From the IMG/VR virus record IMGVR_UViG_3300011339_000955, positions 1 through 53,841 of that record: a stretch of 53,841 nucleotides of DNA; one strand, given 5' to 3'. The translations under genes were made by a program, and so were the position numbers. The stretch's first letter is position 1; the number at the start of each line of letters is the position of its first letter. The stretch comes from a virus. Taxonomy: Duplodnaviria; Caudoviricetes. Positions 8,778-18,007 of this stretch are shown here, one piece after another. The notes under the pieces are model-generated. The model was not told the DNA's origin, searched no databases, and saw only the letters and a program-made list of their open reading frames with translations.

Positions 8778-8850
8778 AATTTTACTAGGTGTAGCATTAA
8801 CTGTTGCATCTTTAATCTATCAACTTTATATAACATTCACAGGTGGCTAA
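8767..8850 (+). CDS. Putative 27-aa membrane peptide (not in the ORF track)
   Basis: GTG...TAA gives MKNKILLGVALTVASLIYQLYITFTGG, which fills the gap exactly up to the thyX start. Confidence 0.45.
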   Translation: MKNKILLGVALTVASLIYQLYITFTGG

Positions 8851-9510
8851 TTGCAAGTACGACTAATTTCATATTCACAACCGGCTGAAGAAGGTTTTAG
8901 TAAACCTATTGATCTTGTAGCCTATTGTGCAAAGGTATCAAATCCAGCAGCTCAAGATAACATGAGCACATCGCCAAAGCTACTAAAGTATCTTGCAGAT
9001 AACGCGCACTGGTCTCCTTTTGAGATGGTATCCGTATGTATGGAGATTACAACTACTAGAGACATTGCACGTCAAATACTCCGCCACAGAAGCTTTAGCT
9101 TTCAAGAGTTTAGTCAACGTTACGCTGACCCAGCCGCGCTAGGAGATCAGTATACAGCTAGAGAAGCTCGTTTGCAAGATAAAAAGAATAGACAAAACTC
9201 TATTCCGGTAGACGATGACATACTGCAAGAAGAGTGGAATCAACAACAAGATCTAGTCTATCAAAAAGCTCAAGAAGCTTACACATGGGCTATCGGTAAA
9301 GGGATAGCTAAGGAACAAGCTCGTGCCGTACTGCCAGAAGGCAATACAATTTCTAAGCTTTACATGGCCGGAACTTTGCGCTCTTGGATTCATTACGTAG
9401 AACTAAGGTCTGGCAATGGAACTCAAAAGGAACATCAGGACATTGCTGTTGCTGTTGGAGAAATTATCAATGAGCTCTATGGCATCAATTGCGTTACTAA
9501 GACAGCCTGA
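8851..9510 (+). CDS. thyX: Flavin-dependent thymidylate synthase ThyX
   Basis: HWSPFE, RHRSFSFQEFSQRY (RHRx7S), EQARAVLP, TQKEH; TTG start with an AGGTGG SD. Confidence 0.95.
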   Translation: MQVRLISYSQPAEEGFSKPIDLVAYCAKVSNPAAQDNMSTSPKLLKYLADNAHWSPFEMVSVCMEITTTRDIARQILRHRSFSFQEFSQRYADPAALGDQYTAREARLQDKKNRQNSIPVDDDILQEEWNQQQDLVYQKAQEAYTWAIGKGIAKEQARAVLPEGNTISKLYMAGTLRSWIHYVELRSGNGTQKEHQDIAVAVGEIINELYGINCVTKTA

Positions 9511-9521
9511 AAAAATTGATA

Positions 9522-9550
9522 TTGACTTTGACGGTCATCTAGGCTATACT
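9522..9550 (+). promoter_or_regulatory. Sigma70-type promoter for the ligase C-terminal subunit and D5
   Basis: TTGACT-N17-TATACT preceded by an A7 tract. Confidence 0.85.
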
Positions 9551-9573
9551 TTAAGGACAGTAGGGAACTAAGT

Positions 9574-10317
9574 ATGAAACAGGTTGAAGCACCAACACAT
9601 TGTCCATCTTGTAACTATGAGCTTGAAACCGTAAACTCGGTTCTCTACTGCAGAAATGTAACGTGTCCGGCACAAGGTGCCAAACTTATAGAAAATTTTG
9701 CTAAAGTATTAAAGATCACCGGCTTAGGACCTGCTACTATTTTAAAACTTAATATTGCTACTATTGAAGACTTATATACTCTAAGCGTAGAAAATATAGT
9801 AAAAGCTATAGGTTCTGCGCTAGGTAATAAGCTAGTGGCAAATATTGAAAAGTCTAAGGGCGCAACGCTAAATGAAGTGCTTCCTGCTCTTGGAATACCG
9901 CTAATAGGTAAATCTGCCTCAGAGAAAATTTGTGCTAATATATCGCATATTAGTGAATTAACAGACGAGTTAGCTAATTCTACTCTAGGTACTAAAGCGG
10001 CGGCCAACCTACTATATTGGCTAGAAATTAATGACTACGAATCTCTTCCTTTTTCTTGGGAAGCGACTAAAAAACCAAAAGGCGGTGATACTGTATGTAT
10101 TACCGGAAAACTAAAGTCGTTCAAAACAAAAGCACAGGCTTTTGAAGCCCTTATAGCTAAGGGGTTTACTCCTGTAGAAACAGTTACTAAAACTACTAAG
10201 TACTTAGTAAATGAGTCTGGAGTTGAGAGCGCAAAGACTGAAAAAGCCCGTGCCAATGGCACAATTATTGTTGACAGTATAGAGGAACTATTAAATGTCT
10301 ATTCCAAAGTGGGATGA
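9574..10317 (+). CDS. NAD+-dependent DNA ligase, C-terminal subunit (Zn finger, HhH, BRCT)
   Basis: PTHCPSC..YC.N..CPAQ, ITGLG, ALGIPLIG, VCITGKL..VTKTTKYLV..KTEKA. Confidence 0.93.
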   Translation: MKQVEAPTHCPSCNYELETVNSVLYCRNVTCPAQGAKLIENFAKVLKITGLGPATILKLNIATIEDLYTLSVENIVKAIGSALGNKLVANIEKSKGATLNEVLPALGIPLIGKSASEKICANISHISELTDELANSTLGTKAAANLLYWLEINDYESLPFSWEATKKPKGGDTVCITGKLKSFKTKAQAFEALIAKGFTPVETVTKTTKYLVNESGVESAKTEKARANGTIIVDSIEELLNVYSKVG

Positions 10318-11026
10318 AGCCCGCACAGAAAAACTACAAAACTACGTAGGCGAAGAGTCGCCTGTGTCCCTAGAAACCGTAGCAGCCGCAGCTGTTGAGC
10401 TTGAAACAACAACTCGCTCTGTCGCCGCTAAACTTCGTAAAATGAATTATGAAGTTGAAACCGTAGCTGCTCAGGCATCTGCTTTTACCAAAGAGCAAAC
10501 AGATGCCCTCTCCGTTTTCCTTGCAAAAAACTCTGGCCAGTACACATACGGTGAAATTGCCAACCTTTTTGCTAAAGGACAGTTCTCGGCCAAGCAGATC
10601 CAAGGTAAGATTCTTTCGATGGAACTTACAGAAACTGTAAAGCCCACAGAGAAGAAAGTATACGAGCGTACCTTCTCTGAAGCAGATGAAGTTGTCATTA
10701 TCAAGATGGCAGCAAAGAACGCCTTCCTTGAAGACATTGCTGAAAAGCTTGGTCGTAACGTTCAGGAAGTTCGTGGTAAGGCTCTTTCGCTTCTTCGCGC
10801 AAAGCAGATCGAAGCTATCCCTGCCTCGAAGCACGTAGCTAAAACCGTTGATGCTCTTGATGGTATCGAAACAGAAGAGCATACCGTTGCCGAGCTTGCA
10901 GAAATGATTGGACGTTCTGAGCGCGGAGTTAAGACTATGTTGACACGTCGTGGCGTAAGCGCAAAAGACTACGATGGTGCTGGCAAAGCTGAAAAAGCCG
11001 CCGCTAAAAAGAGCGCCGCTGCTTAA
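10295..11026 (+). CDS. T5 D5-like DNA-binding protein
   Basis: Repeated helix-turn-helix-like units (TTRSVAAKLRKM, IAEKLGR..EVRGK, LAEMIGRSERGVKTML); GAGGA SD; lies between ligase and helicase as in T5. Confidence 0.8.
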   Translation: MSIPKWDEARTEKLQNYVGEESPVSLETVAAAAVELETTTRSVAAKLRKMNYEVETVAAQASAFTKEQTDALSVFLAKNSGQYTYGEIANLFAKGQFSAKQIQGKILSMELTETVKPTEKKVYERTFSEADEVVIIKMAAKNAFLEDIAEKLGRNVQEVRGKALSLLRAKQIEAIPASKHVAKTVDALDGIETEEHTVAELAEMIGRSERGVKTMLTRRGVSAKDYDGAGKAEKAAAKKSAAA

Positions 11027-11046
11027 TTGATGTAATTAAGTACAAT

Positions 11047-11078
11047 AGCGGGGCGGAAGAAATTCCGTCCCGCTTTTT
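11047..11078 (+). terminator. Intrinsic terminator after D5
   Basis: agcggggcggaa-GAAA-ttccgtcccgct followed by a T-tract. Confidence 0.85.
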
Positions 11079-11092
11079 GTTGGAGATGGATA

Positions 11093-12445
11093 TTGGATCT
11101 TGCTAGTGCACTATTTAAACAAGTACTAGTCAAGCAAGATATATCCACTTGGACCTCTCTTAGAAAAAACTATCTACCGCAGGAATACTTTTCTATATAT
11201 GAAAAAATAGAGTCTTTCCTAGAAAGATTCTATAAGCTTCCTTCTTTTGAAGAAATCAAGTTTGATACAAAAAGTAAAGCACTTCTTCAAAGAATAGCAA
11301 TCATAGAACAAGTAGAGGTAGATACAGAGCCTGCACTACTTCTAGACTTTCTAAAAAATGAATACTCCCAGAAGTTAGTGCTTGAGGGGGTATCTAAATT
11401 GATAGATGACTCCGTCGCCTTTGAAAGCGCAGCAGAAACTATTGATGCTCTGCAAGAAATTATTGTAGGCATAGAAAAGAAGATCGATCTCCAAGGAGAC
11501 GAAGAGAGTATGCAGACTATAGAGCTATTTGAGCCTGAGTCGGTTATGTCTCGCTATATATCTTTGGGGTTAAATTCAGAGTTTGACTCCCAAATTAACT
11601 ATACACCAGAAGATCTTATCATGCTAGGAGGCAAAAGAGGTTCTGGTAAATCTCTTGTTTGTGCTAACATTATGGCTAAGCTGCACGAACAAGGCAAGTC
11701 TTCAATCTACTTTACTGTTGAGATGAAGCAAAGAGACATATTGCAAAGAGCGGCAGCAATTGGAGCAAATGTTTCAGCTAGAAAGTTAAAAAATAGAACT
11801 CTAGACTCGGATGAGCTAGTAAGGACAGCTAAGTGGTGGGCTTCCAGGTACTCTGGGGGCCTAGAACTATTTCAAGAAGCTTATAGTTTACATGTACCTT
11901 TTGCAGATTTTCACAAAAAGCTTATAAAGCTACCTCTTAAGGATGAACGGTTTGAGATCGTTTATGATCCAGAGCTAACTATTTCTAAAATTCGTGCTGA
12001 GTGTGAAAGAAAGATACCGCTCATTAAACCTTCCGCAATTCTAGTAGATTACGTTAACGTTATTAAGTTATCAAAGATGCCATCAAAGAAAGGCAACTTT
12101 GACTGGACAGAGCAAATTCAAGTTTCTAAATTTTTAAAAGCAGAAATTGCTCAGAAATATGGAATACCTGTTATATGCCCGTACCAAATTGACGCTACTG
12201 GGGAAGCTAGATTTGCTAAAGGTATTCTTGACTCTGCTGACGCGGCTTTTACCCTTGATCCTCATAGTAAAGATGATCGAGCAATAACGTTTACTTGCAC
12301 AAAAGATAGAAGAAACCCCGAAACAAACTTCACTTCTTTTATGGACTGGGACACCTTAAAGATTGGACCAGAAACAGCAGTACTAAAATCCGAAGACTCA
12401 AGTGAAGAAGAAGCAGAAGATAAACCAAGAGAGTGGAGAACTTAA
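11093..12445 (+). CDS. Replicative DnaB-like helicase (T5 D6-like)
   Basis: Walker A GGKRGSGKS, YFTVEM, ILVDY, KGILDSAD. Confidence 0.9.
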   Translation: MDLASALFKQVLVKQDISTWTSLRKNYLPQEYFSIYEKIESFLERFYKLPSFEEIKFDTKSKALLQRIAIIEQVEVDTEPALLLDFLKNEYSQKLVLEGVSKLIDDSVAFESAAETIDALQEIIVGIEKKIDLQGDEESMQTIELFEPESVMSRYISLGLNSEFDSQINYTPEDLIMLGGKRGSGKSLVCANIMAKLHEQGKSSIYFTVEMKQRDILQRAAAIGANVSARKLKNRTLDSDELVRTAKWWASRYSGGLELFQEAYSLHVPFADFHKKLIKLPLKDERFEIVYDPELTISKIRAECERKIPLIKPSAILVDYVNVIKLSKMPSKKGNFDWTEQIQVSKFLKAEIAQKYGIPVICPYQIDATGEARFAKGILDSADAAFTLDPHSKDDRAITFTCTKDRRNPETNFTSFMDWDTLKIGPETAVLKSEDSSEEEAEDKPREWRT

Positions 12446-12448
12446 ACC

Positions 12449-13300
12449 GTGGATGTAATAGACATATTACAAAAGTTTAAAGTAAATCACGTACCAAGCG
12501 GAAAAGATGTACTTATTTGCTGCATAAATCCAGACCATCCAGATAAAAATCCATCTATGAGAATAGACAAGGTAACTGGGGTTTATCACTGCTTCTCCTG
12601 CGGATTTAAGGGCAATATCTTTAAGCATTACGGGATAGAGAGATCCAGCTTAGATATTGTCAGAACAAAGTTAAAGAAACAAATTGATAAAGTACGTATA
12701 GAGCAGGTAGGGCTACAAATACCAGAAAAAGCTGAATTTTGGGATCAAAATTATAGAGGCATATCTAAAGAATTATATTTAAAGTTTAAAGCTTTTACCT
12801 ATGAAGAAGACTTTCCTAATAGATTAATTTTTCCTATTTATGATATAACTGGAAAGATTAATAATTTTTGCACTAGGTCTTTTGACGCTTTTGAAAAGCC
12901 TAAGTATAAGATGTACCCACCAAACTCTTCGCCGCCTTTATTTCCTATGTCAGCTAAGCCTAAGTTTGGTACTATGGTTCTAGTAGAAGGCATATTTGAT
13001 ATGCTAAAGCTACATGATAATGGTATTACTTTCTGTATGACTGGTTTCGGCACAAAAACAATAAACGAGGAAAAACTTAATCTACTGAGGTTACTTGGGG
13101 TTATTGAGATCCACGTTTTATTTGATGGAGATGCCGCAGGGCAGGCAGCAGCAGCAAAAGTAATTGAGCTAATTGATTCTAAGGGCTTTGTTGTAAGAAA
13201 TATAAATATAGCAAACTATTTTGGCGAAGGTGTTGACCCTGGTAGCCTAACAAAAGAACAAATTAAAACATTAAGGATAAAAGAATGGCCAGAGTACTAA
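12449..13300 (+). CDS. DNA primase (CHC2 Zn finger + TOPRIM)
   Basis: C..PDH.DKNPSM..YHCFSCG, LVEGIFD, FDGDAAG. Confidence 0.92.
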   Translation: MDVIDILQKFKVNHVPSGKDVLICCINPDHPDKNPSMRIDKVTGVYHCFSCGFKGNIFKHYGIERSSLDIVRTKLKKQIDKVRIEQVGLQIPEKAEFWDQNYRGISKELYLKFKAFTYEEDFPNRLIFPIYDITGKINNFCTRSFDAFEKPKYKMYPPNSSPPLFPMSAKPKFGTMVLVEGIFDMLKLHDNGITFCMTGFGTKTINEEKLNLLRLLGVIEIHVLFDGDAAGQAAAAKVIELIDSKGFVVRNINIANYFGEGVDPGSLTKEQIKTLRIKEWPEY

Positions 13301-15582
13301 TAGTAGAAACAAAGCCATCAAGCAACCAATTTAAAGAATTTGAGTTTAAATTCGATAAGGTTAGCTTAACAGAAGATGCAACGCTCAAAAAAGTCTTAAA
13401 GAAAGATGTAAGCCTAGACATAAACATTGTAAAAGATTATGACTGGGTAATCCTTGTAGGCTCTGAGCCTTTTAAGATGTTTACTAAGAAAACTTCGGTA
13501 ATGGACTACTGCGGAAAAGTAGTTGATGAAAAGTTTATCCCAGTCTTTAACCCTGCAATGCTTAGTTTTAAGCCAGAGGTAAAGTCTACCTGGGAAACCG
13601 CTGTAAAAAGCATTAATGGTTATGTTTCCGGTAAAAAGAAAGCTTCTAAGTACTCTAAAGAAAACTTTAAAGGTATTGAGACCTCCGAAGAAGCAGAAGA
13701 ATATTTGCAGTGGTGCTTAGACCAACCATATGATTATGTAGCTATGGACTCTGAAACAACAGGGTTCTACCCTAGAAAAGCAGAAGTGCTTGGTATCTCT
13801 ATATGCGCGGCGCCAGACACAGGAGCATATATCTCCGCAGATAGCTTCAGTGAAAAAGCAGATAGCCTAGTTAGAAAAATCATAAAGACTAAAAAAGTAG
13901 TATTTCATAATGCTAAATTCGACTTAGCCTTTTTTCAATATCATATGGGCTGGGAAATTCATAACTACGAAGACACAATGCTGCTTCACTATGCCCTAGA
14001 CGAAAGAAGGGGTATACATGGTCTTAAACAGTTAGCCTTACAGTATACTGAATATGGAGACTATGAAGCAGAGCTAGGTAATTTTATATCTGAGTATTGC
14101 AATCGTAACGGGGTGCTAAAAAGTGACTTCCATTATGGTTTAATTCCATTTGAAGTTATCTACCCTTATGCTGCTATAGACGCATGTGTTACTTTTATGC
14201 TATATCCTAAGTTTAAGGCAGCTCTTGATAAAAATCCAAGAATAGCTAAGATGTACTCTTCCTTGCTAATTCCAGGGTCTAAGTTTCTTCTTAAAATACA
14301 AGAGAATGGGGTTCCTTTTGACCTAGATAGGTTGAAGTTAGCTCAAAAGACCATGACAAAGGAAATTGACAGTGCAGTACTTACCCTTAAAGCTTCCCCC
14401 GAAGTCCAGAGATTTGAACGAGACCAAGGAGCCGAGTTTAATCCAAACTCAGTCCAACAATTGCGAAAACTATTGTTCGATTACCTTCGTTTGCAGCCTA
14501 CCGGAATACTCACAGGAACTGGAGCAGACTCCACAAATGCAGAAGTTCTTGAACAACTTGCGGAAACACATCCAATACCAGCTCTTATCCTTACCATCCG
14601 CAAGAAAGGTAAGATAAAAAATACGTACCTAGATAAAATCATTCCTCAGTTAGATAAAGATGGAAAGCTAAGGACTAACTTTAATCTGCATAGTACAACT
14701 AGCGGTCGACTATCCTCTAGTGGCTCGTTAAACATGCAGCAGCTTCCTAGAGATGAGCCCGCAGTTAAAGGTTGTATCAAAGCTCGCCCAGGATACAAGA
14801 TCGTATCAATGGACTTGAAGACAGCCGAAATGTATATTGCTGCCGTGCTCTCCGGGGATAAAGAACTTCAAGATGTGTTTATCTCCGGAGGGGACTTTCA
14901 CAGTACAGTAGCTAGTAAAGTTTTTGGTTTGCCTTGTAGTGTGGAAGAAGTAAAAAAGTTCTACCCTGGAATGAGACAGGCGGCCAAAGCCGTATCTTTC
15001 GGTATTCTATATGGTGCCGGAGCAGATAAAATCTCTACCCAAGTTACTAAAGACCAAGGATCTTACTTTTCTAAATCCGAAGCTCAAGAAACAATTGACG
15101 ACTACTTTAAAACTTTCAAGAGCCTGTCTAAATGGCTGAAAAATAATAAGTCTAAAATCTTAGCCGAAGGGTTTGTCTATAGTCACTTTGGAAGAAAGCG
15201 CAGACTTAGAAATGTAAAAAGCGATAATAGAGGTGTTGTTGCGCACGAAGTACGTTCTGGAATTAACTTCTTAATTCAGTCGCCTTCTTCTGACATTAAC
15301 CTTCTAGGCGCAATGGAAATGCAAAAGTTTATAGAAACTAGTAAACTTGATGCAAGAATATTTGCGCTAGTTCACGACTCTGTTCTAGCAGAAGTAAGAG
15401 AAGACTTAGTAGAGACTTATAAAACAAATCTCAAAAAGTTTATTCAAGCTGACAGAGGGCTTAGTATCCCCAACTGCCCAATAGGCTGCGATTTTGACGT
15501 TGCAGACGATTATTCTCTGGGCAAGTACGAAGAGAAATACTTCGAAGATGAGGATGAAGAGGATGAAGATCAGGACGTATAA
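13285..15582 (+). CDS. polA: Family A DNA polymerase with 3'-5' exonuclease
   Basis: Exo motifs DSETTG, HNAKFD, YAAID; TSGRLSS; motif A MDLKTAE, motif B RQAAKAVSFGILYG, motif C LVHDS; acidic tail. Confidence 0.96.
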   Translation: MARVLIVETKPSSNQFKEFEFKFDKVSLTEDATLKKVLKKDVSLDINIVKDYDWVILVGSEPFKMFTKKTSVMDYCGKVVDEKFIPVFNPAMLSFKPEVKSTWETAVKSINGYVSGKKKASKYSKENFKGIETSEEAEEYLQWCLDQPYDYVAMDSETTGFYPRKAEVLGISICAAPDTGAYISADSFSEKADSLVRKIIKTKKVVFHNAKFDLAFFQYHMGWEIHNYEDTMLLHYALDERRGIHGLKQLALQYTEYGDYEAELGNFISEYCNRNGVLKSDFHYGLIPFEVIYPYAAIDACVTFMLYPKFKAALDKNPRIAKMYSSLLIPGSKFLLKIQENGVPFDLDRLKLAQKTMTKEIDSAVLTLKASPEVQRFERDQGAEFNPNSVQQLRKLLFDYLRLQPTGILTGTGADSTNAEVLEQLAETHPIPALILTIRKKGKIKNTYLDKIIPQLDKDGKLRTNFNLHSTTSGRLSSSGSLNMQQLPRDEPAVKGCIKARPGYKIVSMDLKTAEMYIAAVLSGDKELQDVFISGGDFHSTVASKVFGLPCSVEEVKKFYPGMRQAAKAVSFGILYGAGADKISTQVTKDQGSYFSKSEAQETIDDYFKTFKSLSKWLKNNKSKILAEGFVYSHFGRKRRLRNVKSDNRGVVAHEVRSGINFLIQSPSSDINLLGAMEMQKFIETSKLDARIFALVHDSVLAEVREDLVETYKTNLKKFIQADRGLSIPNCPIGCDFDVADDYSLGKYEEKYFEDEDEEDEDQDV

Positions 15583-16054
15583 GTCTCTATCAAAAGTGTC
15601 ATATCCAGTATTTCATATTGACGCTTACCCGATAGAGGTAGATGGCCTGGTATTTGTAAATGGTGTAATAGTAGACGATCGCAATATCTCTAGGCCAACC
15701 CTAGGTGAGCGACGCCTACTCAGCCCTCATAAGCTACATCAAATTAAGCGCCTACGGCGCAATGAGATAGAGATCATAAAAGATAAAACAGTCGATCCTA
15801 TATACCTAGACAGCGCCGGGTCTGCTTTTGGGTATGAGCGAACTATATACCAAACAATAAAGTGCCATCTAATAAAAAAAGTAATACCAAAAAATTTGTA
15901 TTCTTTGCTAATTTTAGATGGCATACACTTTCCTATAGTTGTAGAAAGACCCCCAGTCGACAATTTTGCTAGAATCTTATACTACCAGGATCTTCCCTGG
16001 AAGTTATATGATTACTCAGAGATTCCAGTAAAAAATAGTCGGAAGAAAGTATAA
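15563..16054 (+). CDS. Conserved T5-like hypothetical protein downstream of the polymerase
   Basis: Start moved from 15494 to the ATG at 15563 (GAGGA upstream); TAATG-coupled to phoH. Confidence 0.6.
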   Translation: MKIRTYKSLSKVSYPVFHIDAYPIEVDGLVFVNGVIVDDRNISRPTLGERRLLSPHKLHQIKRLRRNEIEIIKDKTVDPIYLDSAGSAFGYERTIYQTIKCHLIKKVIPKNLYSLLILDGIHFPIVVERPPVDNFARILYYQDLPWKLYDYSEIPVKNSRKKV

Positions 16055-16776
16055 TGCGTTCTAATAATGCAAACTTGCAAATATGTAAAGTTAAACCTTT
16101 AAATGAAAGACAAAAACTTCTACTAAATTCAAATAAAAATTTAATAGCTCATGGAGCCGCTGGTACCGGAAAAACCTACCTAGCTCTATATAAGGCATTA
16201 AGCATGGTAGAGAAAAGACAGCTAGAGCGAGTTATAGTTGCTCGTAGTGCTGTTCCTACCAGAAACATTGGCTTCTTGCCGGGCTCTGCACAAGAAAAAA
16301 CTAAAGTGTATGAGGCTCCATACGTAGATCTATGCCATCAGCTATACCAAGAACCAAAAGCTTATAGCATCTTAAAATCTCAAAAGAAAATTGAATTTAT
16401 TACAACCTCTTTTATTAGGGGTTTAAACACGGATAACTGTTTTATTATCGTAGATGAGTTTCAAAACTTAAACTTTCATGAACTTGACTCAATTATCACA
16501 AGATTAGGCAATAATTGCAGAATAGCGTTTGTTGGGGACGGTGGGCAGTCAGACCTAGAAGATAGCGGGATTATTGACTTCCTAGAAATATTAGCAAGAC
16601 TATCGGATATATTTGATAGAATTGAGTTTGGGGTAGATGACATAGTTAGAAGTCACTTAGTAAAAAGGTACTTAACAGAAAAACATTTATATGCCAAAAG
16701 CAGTATTAGCAAATCGAATCTTCTTGGAAGTATCCCCAGAGCTCCAAAAAAGCCTGATGGAGCAACTGACGTATAA
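16054..16776 (+). CDS. phoH: PhoH-family ATPase
   Basis: GAAGTGKT, IGFLPG, FIRG, IIVDEFQN, ITRLG, GD..QSD, DIVRS. Confidence 0.93.
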   Translation: MRSNNANLQICKVKPLNERQKLLLNSNKNLIAHGAAGTGKTYLALYKALSMVEKRQLERVIVARSAVPTRNIGFLPGSAQEKTKVYEAPYVDLCHQLYQEPKAYSILKSQKKIEFITTSFIRGLNTDNCFIIVDEFQNLNFHELDSIITRLGNNCRIAFVGDGGQSDLEDSGIIDFLEILARLSDIFDRIEFGVDDIVRSHLVKRYLTEKHLYAKSSISKSNLLGSIPRAPKKPDGATDV

Positions 16777-17968
16777 AATACCCCAGTATAGAGAGGACCT
16801 GCCACCTAGAGTTCTTTGCACTGCACGAATGGCTAGTCCAACGGTTCTCTCTATGCCTAGCGGTAGGATAGACTTAATACCTGAAGATTATACAATAATT
16901 AATAAGCGTATTTATGACTTTGAAGAATACCCTACTTTTAAATTTGACTTAAGAGTAAACCAGCAAGCTATACACGATCAAGTTAATTCAGACTGTTTTA
17001 TTAATGCAAATGTGTCTTGGGGTAAGACTTTTACAGGTCTTGCAATAGCAGGAAAGCTAGAGCAAAAAACATTAGTTATAGTGCATACGCTAGCATTACT
17101 ACAGCAGTGGGTGACAGAGTGTGAAAAAGTTTACGGGTTTACACCTAGTTTAATAACTTCTGGTAAAGTTGACACTAAGATGCCACTTGTTATTGGCAAT
17201 GTTCAAACGCTGCAAAGGGTGCCAAGGGAAAGGCTAATTAAAACTTTTGGAACTATTATTGTAGACGAGTGCCATCATATACCTTCAAGAACATTTTCTA
17301 GTATATTAGATGCTAACCATGCTGCGTATAAAATAGGCCTATCAGCTTCTGCTAAAAGAAAAGATGGAACGCATGTTTTATTTCCAGACTATTTTAGTAA
17401 TAAAGTTTTTAAGCCAGAAGATGAAAATAGGTTAACTCCAGAAGTCCATAGAGTCAAGTTCCCAATACGAGTTGCAGACGGGGAACAATCTTGGGCAGCA
17501 AAAGTAAACGACCTAGCTAACAGCGAAGAGTACCAAAGATTGCTGGCCCTCACAGCGGCTTCTTATGCCAGTAAAGGGCATAAAGTACTAGTTCTAGCAA
17601 ATAGAACAAAATTGTTAGAAAGAGCGCACGAACTAACTCCAAAAAGCTCCTTAATACTTGGTACCACCAAGGATAGAGAAAGCCAGCTTAATAAAATGAG
17701 ATCTGGTGAAAATGTAATATTATACGGAAGTACTAATATTTTTTCGGAAGGTATTTCAGAAAAATATTTAAGTTGCCTTATAATTGGAACACCCATAAAC
17801 AATGAACCTCTAATGGATCAGTTAGTAGGACGTGTTGTTAGGGTAGCAGATAATAAACCAAAACCTGTAGTAGTATTTCCTCTTTTTGCAGGCAGAACGG
17901 TAGAGAAGCAAGCACAGCTTATGAAAAGTTATTTTATGAAGTGCGGATATGTTATCAAAGACATTTAA
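16691..17968 (+). CDS. SF2 helicase (T5 D10-like)
   Basis: WGKT, IVDECHH, GLSAS, SEGIS, QLVGRVVR. Confidence 0.9.
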   Translation: MPKAVLANRIFLEVSPELQKSLMEQLTYKIPQYREDLPPRVLCTARMASPTVLSMPSGRIDLIPEDYTIINKRIYDFEEYPTFKFDLRVNQQAIHDQVNSDCFINANVSWGKTFTGLAIAGKLEQKTLVIVHTLALLQQWVTECEKVYGFTPSLITSGKVDTKMPLVIGNVQTLQRVPRERLIKTFGTIIVDECHHIPSRTFSSILDANHAAYKIGLSASAKRKDGTHVLFPDYFSNKVFKPEDENRLTPEVHRVKFPIRVADGEQSWAAKVNDLANSEEYQRLLALTAASYASKGHKVLVLANRTKLLERAHELTPKSSLILGTTKDRESQLNKMRSGENVILYGSTNIFSEGISEKYLSCLIIGTPINNEPLMDQLVGRVVRVADNKPKPVVVFPLFAGRTVEKQAQLMKSYFMKCGYVIKDI

Positions 17969-17978
17969 AAAAATAACC

Positions 17979-18007
17979 TTGACTTTGACCGTATAAGGTG
18001 CTACAAT
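17979..18007 (+). promoter_or_regulatory. Sigma70-type promoter overlapping the start codon at 18006
   Basis: TTGACT-N17-TACAAT with TG extension and an A-tract upstream. Confidence 0.75.

Noticed and set aside
8244-9573. Self-splicing intron or split intein rejoining the ligase halves
   Set aside because: The interval is filled with ORFs, no intron core or intein terminal motifs are seen, and the second half has its own promoter and start. RT-PCR would be needed to exclude splicing fully.
13285-13650. UDG-like N-terminal segment of the polymerase as a novelty
   Set aside because: As recalled, T5 polymerase has a similar N-terminal region; motif B also has the ordinary Phe at the 762-equivalent position.
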